This document shows, piece by piece, positions 11,794 through 23,039 of a stretch of 64,000 nucleotides of DNA (position 1 is the stretch's first letter; each line of letters starts with the position of its first letter). Source of the DNA: Vezdaea acicularis (taxonomy: Eukaryota); NCBI GenBank assembly GCA_026025075.1, contig JAPEUI010000012.1, forward strand, positions 62,001 through 126,000, in the 5' to 3' direction. The notes below the pieces were generated by a model. That model did no database searches. It was not told where the DNA came from and saw nothing but the letters and a program-made list of their open reading frames with translations. The position numbers and the translations under genes are program-made.

Positions 11794-13775
11794 ATGGCGT
11801 TCGCGAATGCTATCCAACGCCGTCTCTATCATTGGAAGCCTGCCCCTTATGTCGTAGTGTCAAGCATTGCCTCTATCGGGGGCCTGCTGTTTGGGTTTGC
11901 TCACCTCAAACCGTTTCTTCCTTGACTTCAATGACCAACTAAATGTAGTCTTGACACCGGCACAATCGGCCCCATAACTGCTATGCCATCTTTCAAACGA
12001 ACTTTTGGAGACTTTTCGTCGACTATCCATGGCCTGATAGTTTCCTCCATCTTGATCCCGGCTGCTCTGGCCTCTTTCTTTGCTGGCCATCTGGCGGATA
12101 ATCTCGGGAGGCCAAAAGCAGTTACGCTCGGTGCGGGCATCTTTGGACTAGGTACTGGAATCGAGGCTGCCAGCGTGAACATCGGAATGTTGCTACTGGG
12201 GAGAAGCCTCACAGGGGTGGGGGAGGGGTTGTTCTTGAGTACTTTGGTTGTGTAAGTTGATGAGATTTATCTTTGCAAGTGCTATCATGGATTGTGTAGC
12301 AACATAAAATTCTCCTTGAAAATGGTACAGACTTGGGCCTATGCGCGGGTTTCTCCTCTATACGCTTCTATTCTGCTGTTGTCATATCTTTGCTGGAATA
12401 TCTTATATGAATATCTTTCTGTGTTATTCTCTTCAAAGTTTTCTAAGGTTGCTATAAAGTCATAAGTGGGAAGTCAACTTATACATGACTGCACAGATAT
12501 GTCTGTGAGATTTCTCCGCCCCGACAGCGAGGTCCATTGACTGCGATTCAACAGTTCCTTATCTCAGTTGGGGTCTGCGTAGGCTACTTCATTTGCTATG
12601 GGACTGTGAATATCCACTCTTCAGTCTCCTGGCGCATACCATTTGCTTTCCAGTCCGTCATTGCTTTTACCTATGCAATTCTCTCAGCACTGTTCATCCC
12701 ACCTTCGCCAAGATGGCTCGTCCAGGTCGGCCGGGGAGTTGAAGCAGGTGCTATCTGGGACAAGCTCGGGGTCTCAAGTACAGAGCGAGAGAAAGATGAT
12801 GAGACAAGGCAGCAAGACGAGCGGGCGATGGCTGAGGGGCTACCAGCACCTTCGTCTCCGTCGTCGTGGAGAGACAGATTTGAGGTTCTCGGACGAGTCT
12901 TTAAGAAAGACGTGCGCTCAAGGACGCTGCTCATTGTGTTCATGATGGGAATGCAGCAGCTGAGCGGTATCGATGGCGTATTATATGTGAGTTCCTAATC
13001 TCTTCAACAGAACTCATTATTCACCTGAGGGTTGTCACACCACTTATTGATCATCGAACAGTATGCTCCCCTTCTATTTCAACAGGCCGGGCTGTCCACC
13101 GCCCAATCCTCTTTCCTCGCCTCCGGAGTGTCTGGCCTTCTAATGATGCTGATCACCATACCCGCTTTCCTCCTTTCTGACCGCTGGGGCCGCCGTACTT
13201 CCGCTATCGTTGGCGGCTCCATTCTAGCCACTTGCATGCTTATCATCGGCTCCCTCTACGCGTCCAAGAGTGTCCATCCCAGCCATGGCGCCGGCAGATG
13301 GGTCGTCGTCGCTTCGATCTTTATCTTCGCCCTCGCTTTCTGCGGAACATGGGCCGTAAGCTTCCGGATCTACTCCAGCGAGGTCCATCCCGCGAGCACG
13401 AGAGCAGCCGCTACGAGCCTAGGACAAAGCTCTAATTGGATAATCAACTGGATCGTCGCCTTCACAACACCGATTTTCCTCGCTCACTCTACCTTTGGAG
13501 CCTACTTCCTCTTCGGTGGCGCTTCGCTGCTTACTGTCATTGTCTGCTCCATATTCATGCGCGAGACACGTGGACGCACGCTCGAAGTCATCGACGAGTC
13601 CTTTCGCAATGGCGAGTCCCTCGCGGGGCCGAAGAAGGCCCTTCGCAAGCTTAAGAATCTGAGAAGTCGCAATATTGCGAGGTTGGAGAGCCCGGATGAG
13701 CCAAATGGCACGGCGCTGGTTGGTTGTGGGGCGCTCCAGGCCGATGGAGCTATTACCTCTGGGGGTCGCTTGTGA
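11794..13775 (+). CDS. MFS sugar porter family transporter (4 exons)
   Basis: Motifs GGLLFG|LDTG, DNLGR, Y.CEISP..RG, PPSPRWL, QQLSGID, DRWGRR and ETRGRTLE. Introns at ~11895-11948, ~12252-12497 and ~12988-13061. Confidence 0.92.
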
Positions 13776-14444
13776 GCCTACAGGGAACTCCTGAGTGATA
13801 CGATTGCTATACTGTCTCCCGCGCCACACTCCATGCATTCCCTTCCAGATATAACCAGCTCTTTATGCTCATGCAAATTTCACGAGGCCTCTATGACAGG
13901 GATGGGCATCCAACGGGCGACCTCTCAAGTATCCAGTATAGGGGCAAGGGGGTCCTTTTTAAGATTCTGGCATATAAGGGGAAGGTTCTACTAGCAATCT
14001 CCAAGTAGGAATCTACCCGTCGATGGCTGAGGAGGTTCCATGAACGAGCCGGGCTGTATTTGCCGAGAGGTTCATGTTGACTGACGGACCTATCTAACAA
14101 TGGACCAGCCTGTCTTTGTTCGTGTTGACTTGAAAGTACTGCACTTGAAATGGCTTGTTGGTTGATCTTACTAGAGCAATGGAGATTAGCGCTTCTGAGA
14201 AGGGGTTGTCACGTCACGATGGAAAGTAATGCATGATATGATGATTCCCTATCTTGGTCTAAACCATTCAGCTACTTTTTTTCTGCTTTTCTATCATTTT
14301 CTAAGTCCTATACTAGCCCAAACTCCAATATTCTATCAAGGTGTAGTAGGGATCGCGGGTGATCTATTGAAAAAGTTAGTCAAGCCGAACTTTTGCGCAT
14401 GCGGAGCCCCCCTTTGAATAAGCAGAGAAAAGTCCCAGTCCCAT

Positions 14445-15569
14445 CTATCCCATATCAGTAGCTCCGGGCCCTGCTGGTGCCGGGGCAGGATAGCGATATT
14501 CTGAGCCGATGCCTTCGAGGTCACTCCATTCGATGCTTTCAAGGCCGCTTAATTCGATGTTTTCGAGGCCACTCCATTCAATGCCTACGGCCATGGAATG
14601 TGCCGTCTGTGCTCTTCGCCGCACAACTTGTCTCCCTGGCGACTCGTGCATGTCGTCTGGAAGATTATATGGTTTAAGCCTGCGTACGACCCCAGTGGGG
14701 TTATCATCTCCTTTGGCAAGTAAGTTTTCAGCGTCTGCGATGTCTTTGTTACGAGTATGCCCCGGTTCAAGCTCCGGCCACCGGCGAGCTACAATCGGCT
14801 CATTTGGTATTTTGTTGTTGAAGCTCGAGTTGTAGGGCTGGGGTGGCGACTGGATGCTTGGGGGCGCTAATTGTCAGAAGCGCTTTTTGTTGCTGGCGCT
14901 TCTACCCAGTAGCAAAGTCCGCGCGTTGTCGTTAAGGTCGCGGAAAACAGGCGATTGAGGAGTGGTTGCGCCGCGGCTCGATCTGCTTGGACGACTACTG
15001 ACCAGAGAAACAGTGCGGTTAAGGCCTTTTGGGCGGGAGTCTTTGCCGTCTTGCCCAGGGAGCTTGTAGCCCATGTAGCGGCACATCTCGCAGCTGCCGC
15101 AGTTCCCACAGTCTCGGTCTTGGTTCCATGCAGGTGATCCTGGGACTGGCTCTGGTACAGCTTTTCGCGAGGGAGGCTGGGCCTGGCGTGAGTCGCTGCC
15201 AACGTTAGCACGAGTAGTCGGTGGGACAGACCATGGCTCGCTGAAAATATCAAACCGTTCTTCCTCGGAGCGGAAGGCAGGGTGGACTTGTTCATCATGA
15301 ATTTCTCTGCTGTAGCCTTCAGCTAATGCCTCGGCTCGTCCCTGGGGTTTGGGTTGTTCATAGGTGTCAGCTCGTCCATAGGTAATAGCTGCGCTGCGGT
15401 TGCAGTCCGGGCAGATGCCGTCGATAGTGTAGGTGTCAGTTTCTTTTCTGCAGCCGAGTGACAAGGCGCGCATCGCCACGGGACGTTTGTGAGTCTCACA
15501 TTCTGAGTAGAGAACCGGCTCGTTCACATGTCCACATTGTCTGAAACGTCTCTGGCGATAAAGACACAT
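14445..15569 (-). CDS. Hypothetical protein with N-terminal Cys motif (MC-x9-CGH...C...CPDC); frame continues past a TGA at 14874-14876
   Basis: ATG ORF 15569-14874. The same frame stays open for a further ~142 codons to the TAG at 14445. Confidence 0.6.
14507..14587 (-). repeat. Three tandem 24-bp repeats (encoding IE(W/L)S(G/D)LE)
   Basis: CGATG(C/T)(C/T)TTC(G/A)AGG(T/C)C(A/G)CT..ATT repeated with a 24-bp period. Confidence 0.75.
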
Positions 15570-16309
15570 TCTTCTGGTGATAAGTAAGCAAGATCTTAAT
15601 CGAGTTTTGAATGATGATAATCGAAGTAGTGCTGGCTGAGCTGAGCTGTTCGGAGAAGAGGGGGCGTGGTTGAGAAGATGTTAAAGATTGGGAAAAGCTA
15701 CGACGTAAATACTCCAACGGAAGATATGTTCAACAGCGTGTAGTGTTAAGTTCATATCCCAGACATACATTTGAACAATGCACATTCCTTGTGGCATTGT
15801 GCCTGTAATTGTGAGAACGAAGTCTTGGCTTTGTTCAGAAACAATGCAACGCAGAGGAGAGAACAATAGCTTTCAGATCTCAAGGACTGAAATACACGAT
15901 AAGAAGTATAGTCCAGCTCTATTTCTATTGACCTATCAATAAAACATCCTTAACAGTCTTTTTTCGATTCTGCGGTGCTGCATAGATTTTCGATCATGTG
16001 CCAGTGAAAACAGAGATACTCAAGCGGTGAGCCTAATACTGGTTGCCATTTGCTTTGACGCGGAAGATCTCGCTAAAACTATTGATGAAGACAATGCACG
16101 ATTGTTATATCTGCGCTAGCCTCTAATTCCAGTTATGCAGTATGGTAAGTTTGGACAATTGACTCAGCTCTAAATTTCAGAGCCTTTTCTTTGGTAAATT
16201 TGGACCAGCTATAGCCTACTGAAGTCTAGGGTTTCCATAGAGTGTTGCTCGGATGTCTTGTATAATACAAGTTTTATACACCACCTGCAGCCCCTTGCAG
16301 AGATAAACC

Positions 16310-17315
16310 TCAGCCTTTTCTTAATGGTCCTCTCCAGTCGGAGATGTGGTCGCGAATAATCTTCGCAGCCTGTTCTGAGGTATGCTGTCTTCCAATTGCC
16401 TCTACAAAGTCACCGTCTGGATCTACACGCCACCAAATTAGCATGCGTGTCTTCACGGCCATCTTATATTGCAAGCCTCGCCGACCAAACTACACTTACC
16501 CATCAAATAGAAGTAGATACTATGATCCACCAGATAGTCCATCCCTGGCTTGACCCCTTCCGGTGTCGAGAAATAGACCCTGTACTTCTTACATACATCT
16601 TTGATTTGCTCCCAGCTACCCGTCAGCCCAATCAACCCATCATGAAACTCCTTTAAATAGCTCTTCAGCACTGCTGGGCTGTCCCTCGCCGGATCGCAGG
16701 TAATGAAGACCGGCAACATTGCCCCCGGGTGACTACTCTCAACTAAGTCAATCATGCCCGCCATCTTATCCAGCTCCTCGGGGCAGATGTCCGGGCAGTG
16801 GCTGAACCCAAAGTAGACAAGCGCATATTTACCCTTCATGTCGGTCTCGGACGTGAAGGCGTTTCCGTTCTGGTCGAGCAGCTTGAACGGCCCACCAACT
16901 TTGGGCTTACCTACACCTTTGGAATGCTCTGCGATGCGCCGACGCTCCATCCGCGCCTTTTCGTATTGAAAGTAGGTGATCAGACCGGCGCCTGAGAGAA
17001 GGAAGAGTACGCCTGCTTTCCAGGAGAAGGGCTGGCTGGGTCAGTATACATTATGGACAAGGTGGTCAGTTTGATTGGTGGACTTACACCAGAGCGGTGT
17101 CGCGACTGGGCTTCTTGCACGGTTTTATAGGCGTAGGAGCGTGTTTGAACATCTTTATAATATCTACGGGGTATCGATATCTGAGACGGACGGGCGCTTG
17201 GTTGCGAGTAACGAATAGAGGAGAAGGACCGCGGACGTATAGGAGCAGAAGATCTGAGCATAGAGCGTACACATGCCGAGCAGCCCGGTATGGGACGTAC
17301 CGACAGTGGTGCCAT
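16310..17315 (-). CDS. SCO1: Mitochondrial copper chaperone SCO1/SenC for cytochrome c oxidase
   Basis: Motifs GGPF.L.D, YFGFSHCPDICPEELDK, DPARD and YLVDHSIYFYLM; Arg/Ser-rich mitochondrial presequence; two introns. Confidence 0.95.
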
Positions 17316-17468
17316 TGCCGTGATTGAAAAGCTAAGTTGTATACCCTCTGGAGCTTAAGTTCATGATGCATTTCCATCGATCTTCAATGCTTAGTCATCC
17401 GAATCGCATAAATATTTATGCAACTACATATGACATCAAGCTTTCACATTATATCTCGAAAAGCAACA

Positions 17469-17847
17469 ATGGCCTACAACTCTGCATCCAGTAACCCGAG
17501 TACGCTCAATTCACCTCTGATAATCGCTTTGAACTGATGAATATCCAGTTGGAGCCAAGACGGGCCCAGCGTCCGAGCCTCCCCCGCCAGCTTCCCAATC
17601 GACCTTGGATGCTATCACTGCGGCCTCGAAGAATGATGCATTGGGCCATCGTGCCTCAGGTCAAGATGGGGCTTTGTATGGAAAGGAGCACCATATACAG
17701 GCCGTGGGTGTGATTCAGCCGACGGATAGGGATAAGGAGGCGGAGAGTAAGGAGGAAGCAGAAGTAGTTAAAGCGGAAGATGAGATTCCAGAATCGAGGC
17801 TGCCTCCTGGCAGCGGTGGAGATTCTCATTCAAAGCCATTTTCTTGA
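17469..17847 (+). CDS. Small hydrophilic hypothetical protein (2 exons)
   Basis: ATG at 17469. A GTACGC...CTGAT...CCAG intron (~17500-17548) joins it in frame to the 17605-17847 ORF. Confidence 0.5.
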
Positions 17848-18343
17848 GAACTCAAGTGCGCTTAACGCTTCATTAACATAAGACATTCAATGATTGAATT
17901 GTTCGATCAAAATTGGGATACCATGGGAAAGGTTACGTTTCTTCAACCGAATTTCTTTTTGAGTGATCTATGATGTTGGAGACGTACATGTATGATAGTC
18001 GCAGTCATGGCTCTTGAAAACTTGAAAGAAACTCATTGTAAAATTACAATGCATGACTAGAGACTACGGTCAAAGAAAAGGGCACAATAATCCTCCTTCG
18101 ATGCTGCCGTTGGGTTCCCCACGCCACTATAAGACACCCCCTCGGACACTAACCAGCCCACAGCGCCAATGATAGGTCAATGCAGGTGACAAATGTCACT
18201 CCCTACGAACATCCAGGCGGCCTTGCCCCGCAGACCATGTATGCTTCGAAACGAAGAGCAAGAACCAAAACGCTAATGAGCGCGCAGCGCAACGCTTTTG
18301 AAGGCGAGGAATAGATGTATATATACATTTGGCAGAGTAAAGT

Positions 18344-20102
18344 TCAACCAAAATACATGGCCTCAGCTAGATATATGAAGCCGAACGCCAGGAATGCAAC
18401 TGCACCGCCGAGGGTCACTATCACAGTACTTAGTAAGCGCTACAAAATAATGGAATACCTCTGGGAAGGTTGACTTACCAACTCGTAGGCTGACTTTACC
18501 AGCGATAGCCCGTCCACCAACGACCGCTGCAGCGGTACACACTGCATGGCCACTGACTGCACCCCCAGTGACCCACCAGTAATCCTGACCAGCAGCCATT
18601 GCAATGGTTGCGATCTGACTTCGGTCACCCCATTCACCTAAGAAGGTCATAATGAAAGTCTGGACCCAAGCCGGGCTTAAGAGCAGGGATGAAAGGTTTT
18701 TCAGACCAGCTAACGTGCTGGAAAATGAAGTTCTTCGACTAGGCGACGGCGAACGTTCTGGTGAAGTTGAGGGGCTTCGAGGTGGTGATGGAAGACGGGA
18801 ATGTGAACGAGTCTTCCTAGTGCCTGCGCGACCTGACTCTAGCATATATGGTGTGATGGACGAGCGGCGTCGTCCCTGTTTTCGCGCGAGATGTTCTTTC
18901 TCTTCAAGTTCCATCTCAACCTCTTTCATCTCCTCACCGACACCCTCATCTTTACTCATCCCCAAGCCTTCCCGGAGCAATTTAGCGCCAAAGACAAGGA
19001 AGAGGGCTGCCGCAGCAAAATTTGTGAATCGTTTTGGTATGAGTGTAGGCACTGCATGACCAAGGACAGCGGAAAGGACGGTCATAGTAATGAGGGCGGA
19101 GAACGCCGCCGAGAACACGAGCATGCGGGGATGTTTCATGGCCATGAGAGCTGCGATGAGGAAGGTTTTGTCCCCAATCTCGGAAAACAGAATCATCGTA
19201 AGAGAGAGGAGGTAGGAGTGAAGAGGCTGAATAAGGCCATCACTTATCTCTGGCTCAGTCAAGGAACTTGAAGTTTTTCCTTTGCCGCCTTTTACGCTGC
19301 CGCTGCTTCCCTTCTGGGAGCCAAGGGGTTCTGGAATTGGGATGTCGTGAGGTTTCTCTGGCAAGTCTTTCGGTTTCTGGATTGGCAAAAATTAGCGTTA
19401 GATGTACTGCGGGAATGAAAGCAATATGCTGACCTCCAACCCTGCTATGGGTTTGGCAGTATCTGTCTCAATTGACTTATCCTCCTTTCCTTTCTCCTTC
19501 TCCTTCTCCTTCTCTTTTTTCGTATCCTTTGAGCTTTCTTGTTCCTTCATCTTCTTTTCCTCTGCATGAGGTAAAGGTGGAGCCTCTTTTGGTGGATCTG
19601 GTTTCTTTTCTGCCTTCTCGCCAGTCTGGCCTTCTTGCACCTTCCGATCCTTATCCTTTTCTGTCACACCCCCCTCTGTACCTGTAGTGCCATATTTCGG
19701 AACTGGCCTGTTCTTATCATTCATTACACCATCATCTCCCTCCCTGAGTATTTCCTCCTTCGCTGGCGCCGGGGACGGCTTCTTTCCTTGCGGCTTCTTA
19801 ACATCAGTCCCTAAGACGTCCTTGATCTTCTCTTTATCCGAGCTCGAATCGACGAAAGGACCTGCATGAGGCTTTCCATCCTTCCCGTCGACAGGTGCGT
19901 CTTTCGTGCCAACATCTTTTGGGTCTTTTATGGGCCCGATGGGAGTATTCGACAGTCTGTCGTTTAGCGATCCTGGCTCAGGCGCATCTCGAGGCGCAGC
20001 TTGCTTTGAGACTGATGTGTCGCTACTGTCTATGGCTGCTGTAAAGACTAAAGAAGGTAGGAGCAAGAGTAAGAAATGATTTGGATATCGCCTAAACCTC
20101 AT
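18344..20102 (-). CDS. GDT1: GDT1/TMEM165 (UPF0016) Golgi Ca2+/Mn2+ transporter
   Basis: Two signature motifs SEIGDKTF and GEWGDRSQ, a signal peptide, and the fungal N-terminal DAPVDGKDGKPHAGPFV motif; two introns. Confidence 0.93.
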
Positions 20103-20161
20103 GGCGTTGAAGGGAGTCTGAGGATATAGGAGAAAATGAAGTCGAAACGATTAGTAGAGGC

Positions 20162-20185
20162 GATCTGATCTGATCTGATCTGATC
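20162..20185. repeat. (GATCT)n microsatellite upstream of GDT1
   Basis: gatctgatctgatctgatctgatc. Confidence 0.7.
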
Positions 20186-20865
20186 AGGTTGCAGCTGCGG
20201 ATGATGGGCCCGCAATTAGCTCTTGGATATCATGAGAAATTTGGACGTATACTGAAAGTCAGGCGAGAGCAACTAAAAAATAGGCTGATGGCGGAGTGAC
20301 GAGCTTTCCTGGAAGAGATCTCCTTTCCATGCGCAAAACGCAGACGACTTTGTTCCCAGTCAAGCTGAAAATAGGCTTGGGCCAGGGACTTTTCGATTTG
20401 CTGGCTCCAGGGGCCCTGGTCGGGCGAACCGAGGAGAGAGTCACGTGTTTGCGCGCTCTCCGCATTTCTCGGCAGTTGTCGCCAAACAAACATACGAATT
20501 CAAGTCGATTTGCTGTAGCTTCCTTGTACTCAACCACCTCAGAAGCCTGCGATAGCATCACGTTTGTCGCTGCGCAATAATTAGCACGTCAAAGTTACAT
20601 TTAAGCGCAATCGAGCGTGTCTGGCTGGTCTTTCGCAAACCCGTCTGGTTTTCGAGCTATTGCTGTCCGTAAGTGACCCATGACAATAACCAGCGCATGC
20701 TACGAAAGACTGCCTCTCAAGCCGAGACATAGGCCTTTAAGTAGAGAAAAAGGGAGCGCTCGGCGAATTGCCTATAGGCCTCTGAATGCATGCTGATCAC
20801 GGAAAGAAAATAATAGTGTAGGGATTAGTTGGGCTTCAAAACATAAGTAAACGACAACGCTCCTA

Positions 20866-22801
20866 ATGACGGACCGAGCAAGTAGAGCGTCGAGCCGACG
20901 AGGAGACTCGCAGCCACTTGTAGAGCCCAATTTCTCTAAAAGACAGACGTCGAGGTCGACCACAAGCATGCCAAAAAGAGTGACTCGAACCAGGACTCAG
21001 ACTGGTCAGGGTCACGACTCCGCTGATGTAGACCCAGAGCGAGGTGTACGAAAGAACACAAGACGTGGTCTGAGGCAAGACAGCGTAGAAAGCAACGAGC
21101 GTGCTAAGAGTAGAGATGGTAGACGTGGCACAAGAAAAGTAACAAGTCAGAAGGGTCGCGAAGGTCAGCTTGATCCCTGGAGTACTATTCCTCAATATGC
21201 TCAATTGGTTGTTCCTCTATGTGTGAGGGGAGCTCCTATAAGCTTCTTCTTGCTTACATATACTGTACTAGATCTACATATTTGGCCGCTAACATATGTC
21301 TGGCCATCTCTAGGAACATTGTCTACGGTTGATGAAATAAACGATACACAGGCTCAGCCTAATTCATCGATAATTCCGGCTTCCACACATTCAATCACAG
21401 GAAGGTCAGTGCGGCTACTCATCCTCATGTTCGGTCTCTGTGGGCCTTGATATCCATAATGTATTGTAACCGTGGATTTTTAGAGCATCGCTATCAAGGA
21501 CTAAGGAGTTGACTGATATTTGCTCTCTAGTCAAACAAAGTTCAATACTTCAGATGGCATTAGTTGGCTCAAGAGTAAGCAAGCAGGGAAGGGTGCTAGA
21601 ACGAGACAATCCGCGCGAGCCAATCCATTAGAGATGCAAGATATTCGAGTTGATCCGATCCCTCGCAAACTCCGCCCTACCGTACATGACGGACCATCTA
21701 CGCAAGTTGTATCGCCACGTAGGACTCAACGCCGCTCATACGTTCCCTCCACGGCGCCTCCAAGAGTCACGAATGAGATGGTCCCTCGAGAAGACTTGGA
21801 TGATGAGTATCAACCACGAAATAGGGACGACGACGAGTCTATAGCCGAACGATCACTCACTCCAGAAGACGTTGCTGAGCGCAAGGCCCGACAAGATCTA
21901 TCCAAGAATAAAGAGAACGCGAGACAGCCTGGACAGCGCGCTCAAGGAAAGGCCCGAAAACGGTTTAACGAAACTCAAGAAGATCGTCATAAAGTTGGGT
22001 GGGATGACGAGGAAGAGCTCATAAATGATGTTCCGCCAACTACAAGTCGGCGTGACTTGAAGCGCAAAAGAATTGTTGCGCAGGAGGATCTGCAGGAGGA
22101 TGATGACGAAGCAGACGATGGTGACGGCGTCTATCAAGATGAGGAGCGCGATGAAGAAGACAATGATGACGAAGACGACGATGAAGATGAAGAGGATGAG
22201 GAGAGCGGAGATGCGTTCGAAACTAATACCCGTCCCGCCAACCCTTCCCGTCGAAAACAAGCCCCTGTTTCTCCCCGCCGAGCTCCCTTACCGCCGAATC
22301 AAACCCAGCCAGAAACACAAGGCTCACCTCCTAAGCGGACTCGTCCCAATCCAGCTGTCGAAGCTGCTGACAATATCGATCTTGAGTCTGCTGAAGATGA
22401 TGTTGATTATCCTCCCATGGAGCTCATTTCACAACAAGCGCGCGAAAAGGTTGCGGCACACCGAGAAAACAAACCGCAAACGCGTAAACCGTGGACAGAA
22501 GCGGAGTCAAGGCGACTTATTGAGTTCATCGAGAACGATAATTACAAATGTAGTTGGGTAAAGATATCGAAAGCTGATCAGCTACTTGGGAATAGGGGTC
22601 AGGTCGGGCTGAAGGACCGGGCGCGCAACATCAAGTTCGCTTATTTGAAGTAGGTAATTCCTCTTCTCATATATGAAATGCATTAACTGACATTTTTCTG
22701 TTCGTTGCAGAGCTGGACTGGCACTTCCACTCAATTTCGACCTTGTCACACTGAAGGCATCAGAGAAGAAATTTCTGGAGGAGATGGACATTGAATATTG
22801 A
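20866..22801 (+). CDS. Protein with C-terminal Myb/SANT telobox domain (TRF/Tbf1-like putative telomeric DNA-binding protein)
   Basis: C-terminus RKPWTEAE..LI..I...SW..I....LGNRGQVGLKDRARNIK, with an acidic tract upstream. Introns at ~21164-21313, ~21405-21530 and 22650-22710 keep the frame. Confidence 0.72.
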
Positions 22802-23039
22802 GCTCAAAGAGGATCAATGATACCCTATTAGATACTTTTGAAATTCAACTGAGTCGCCTATTCGTTCGGGCTATCGACGCTTTGATATCTGAAAAAATCT
22901 CGAAACAGTGCCCATATGCTTGCTTGCTTGCTTGCTAATGTACCGCACATCCACCTTCTCGAAAATCGCTCAATGCAATCTGATATGTCCGCCTCCCATC
23001 AAACCCCCATAAATCAAACGCGCGCACCAAAAAGCACAA

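Noticed and set aside
22917..22936. (TGCT)5 microsatellite
   Set aside because: Ordinary short repeat between convergent 3' ends.
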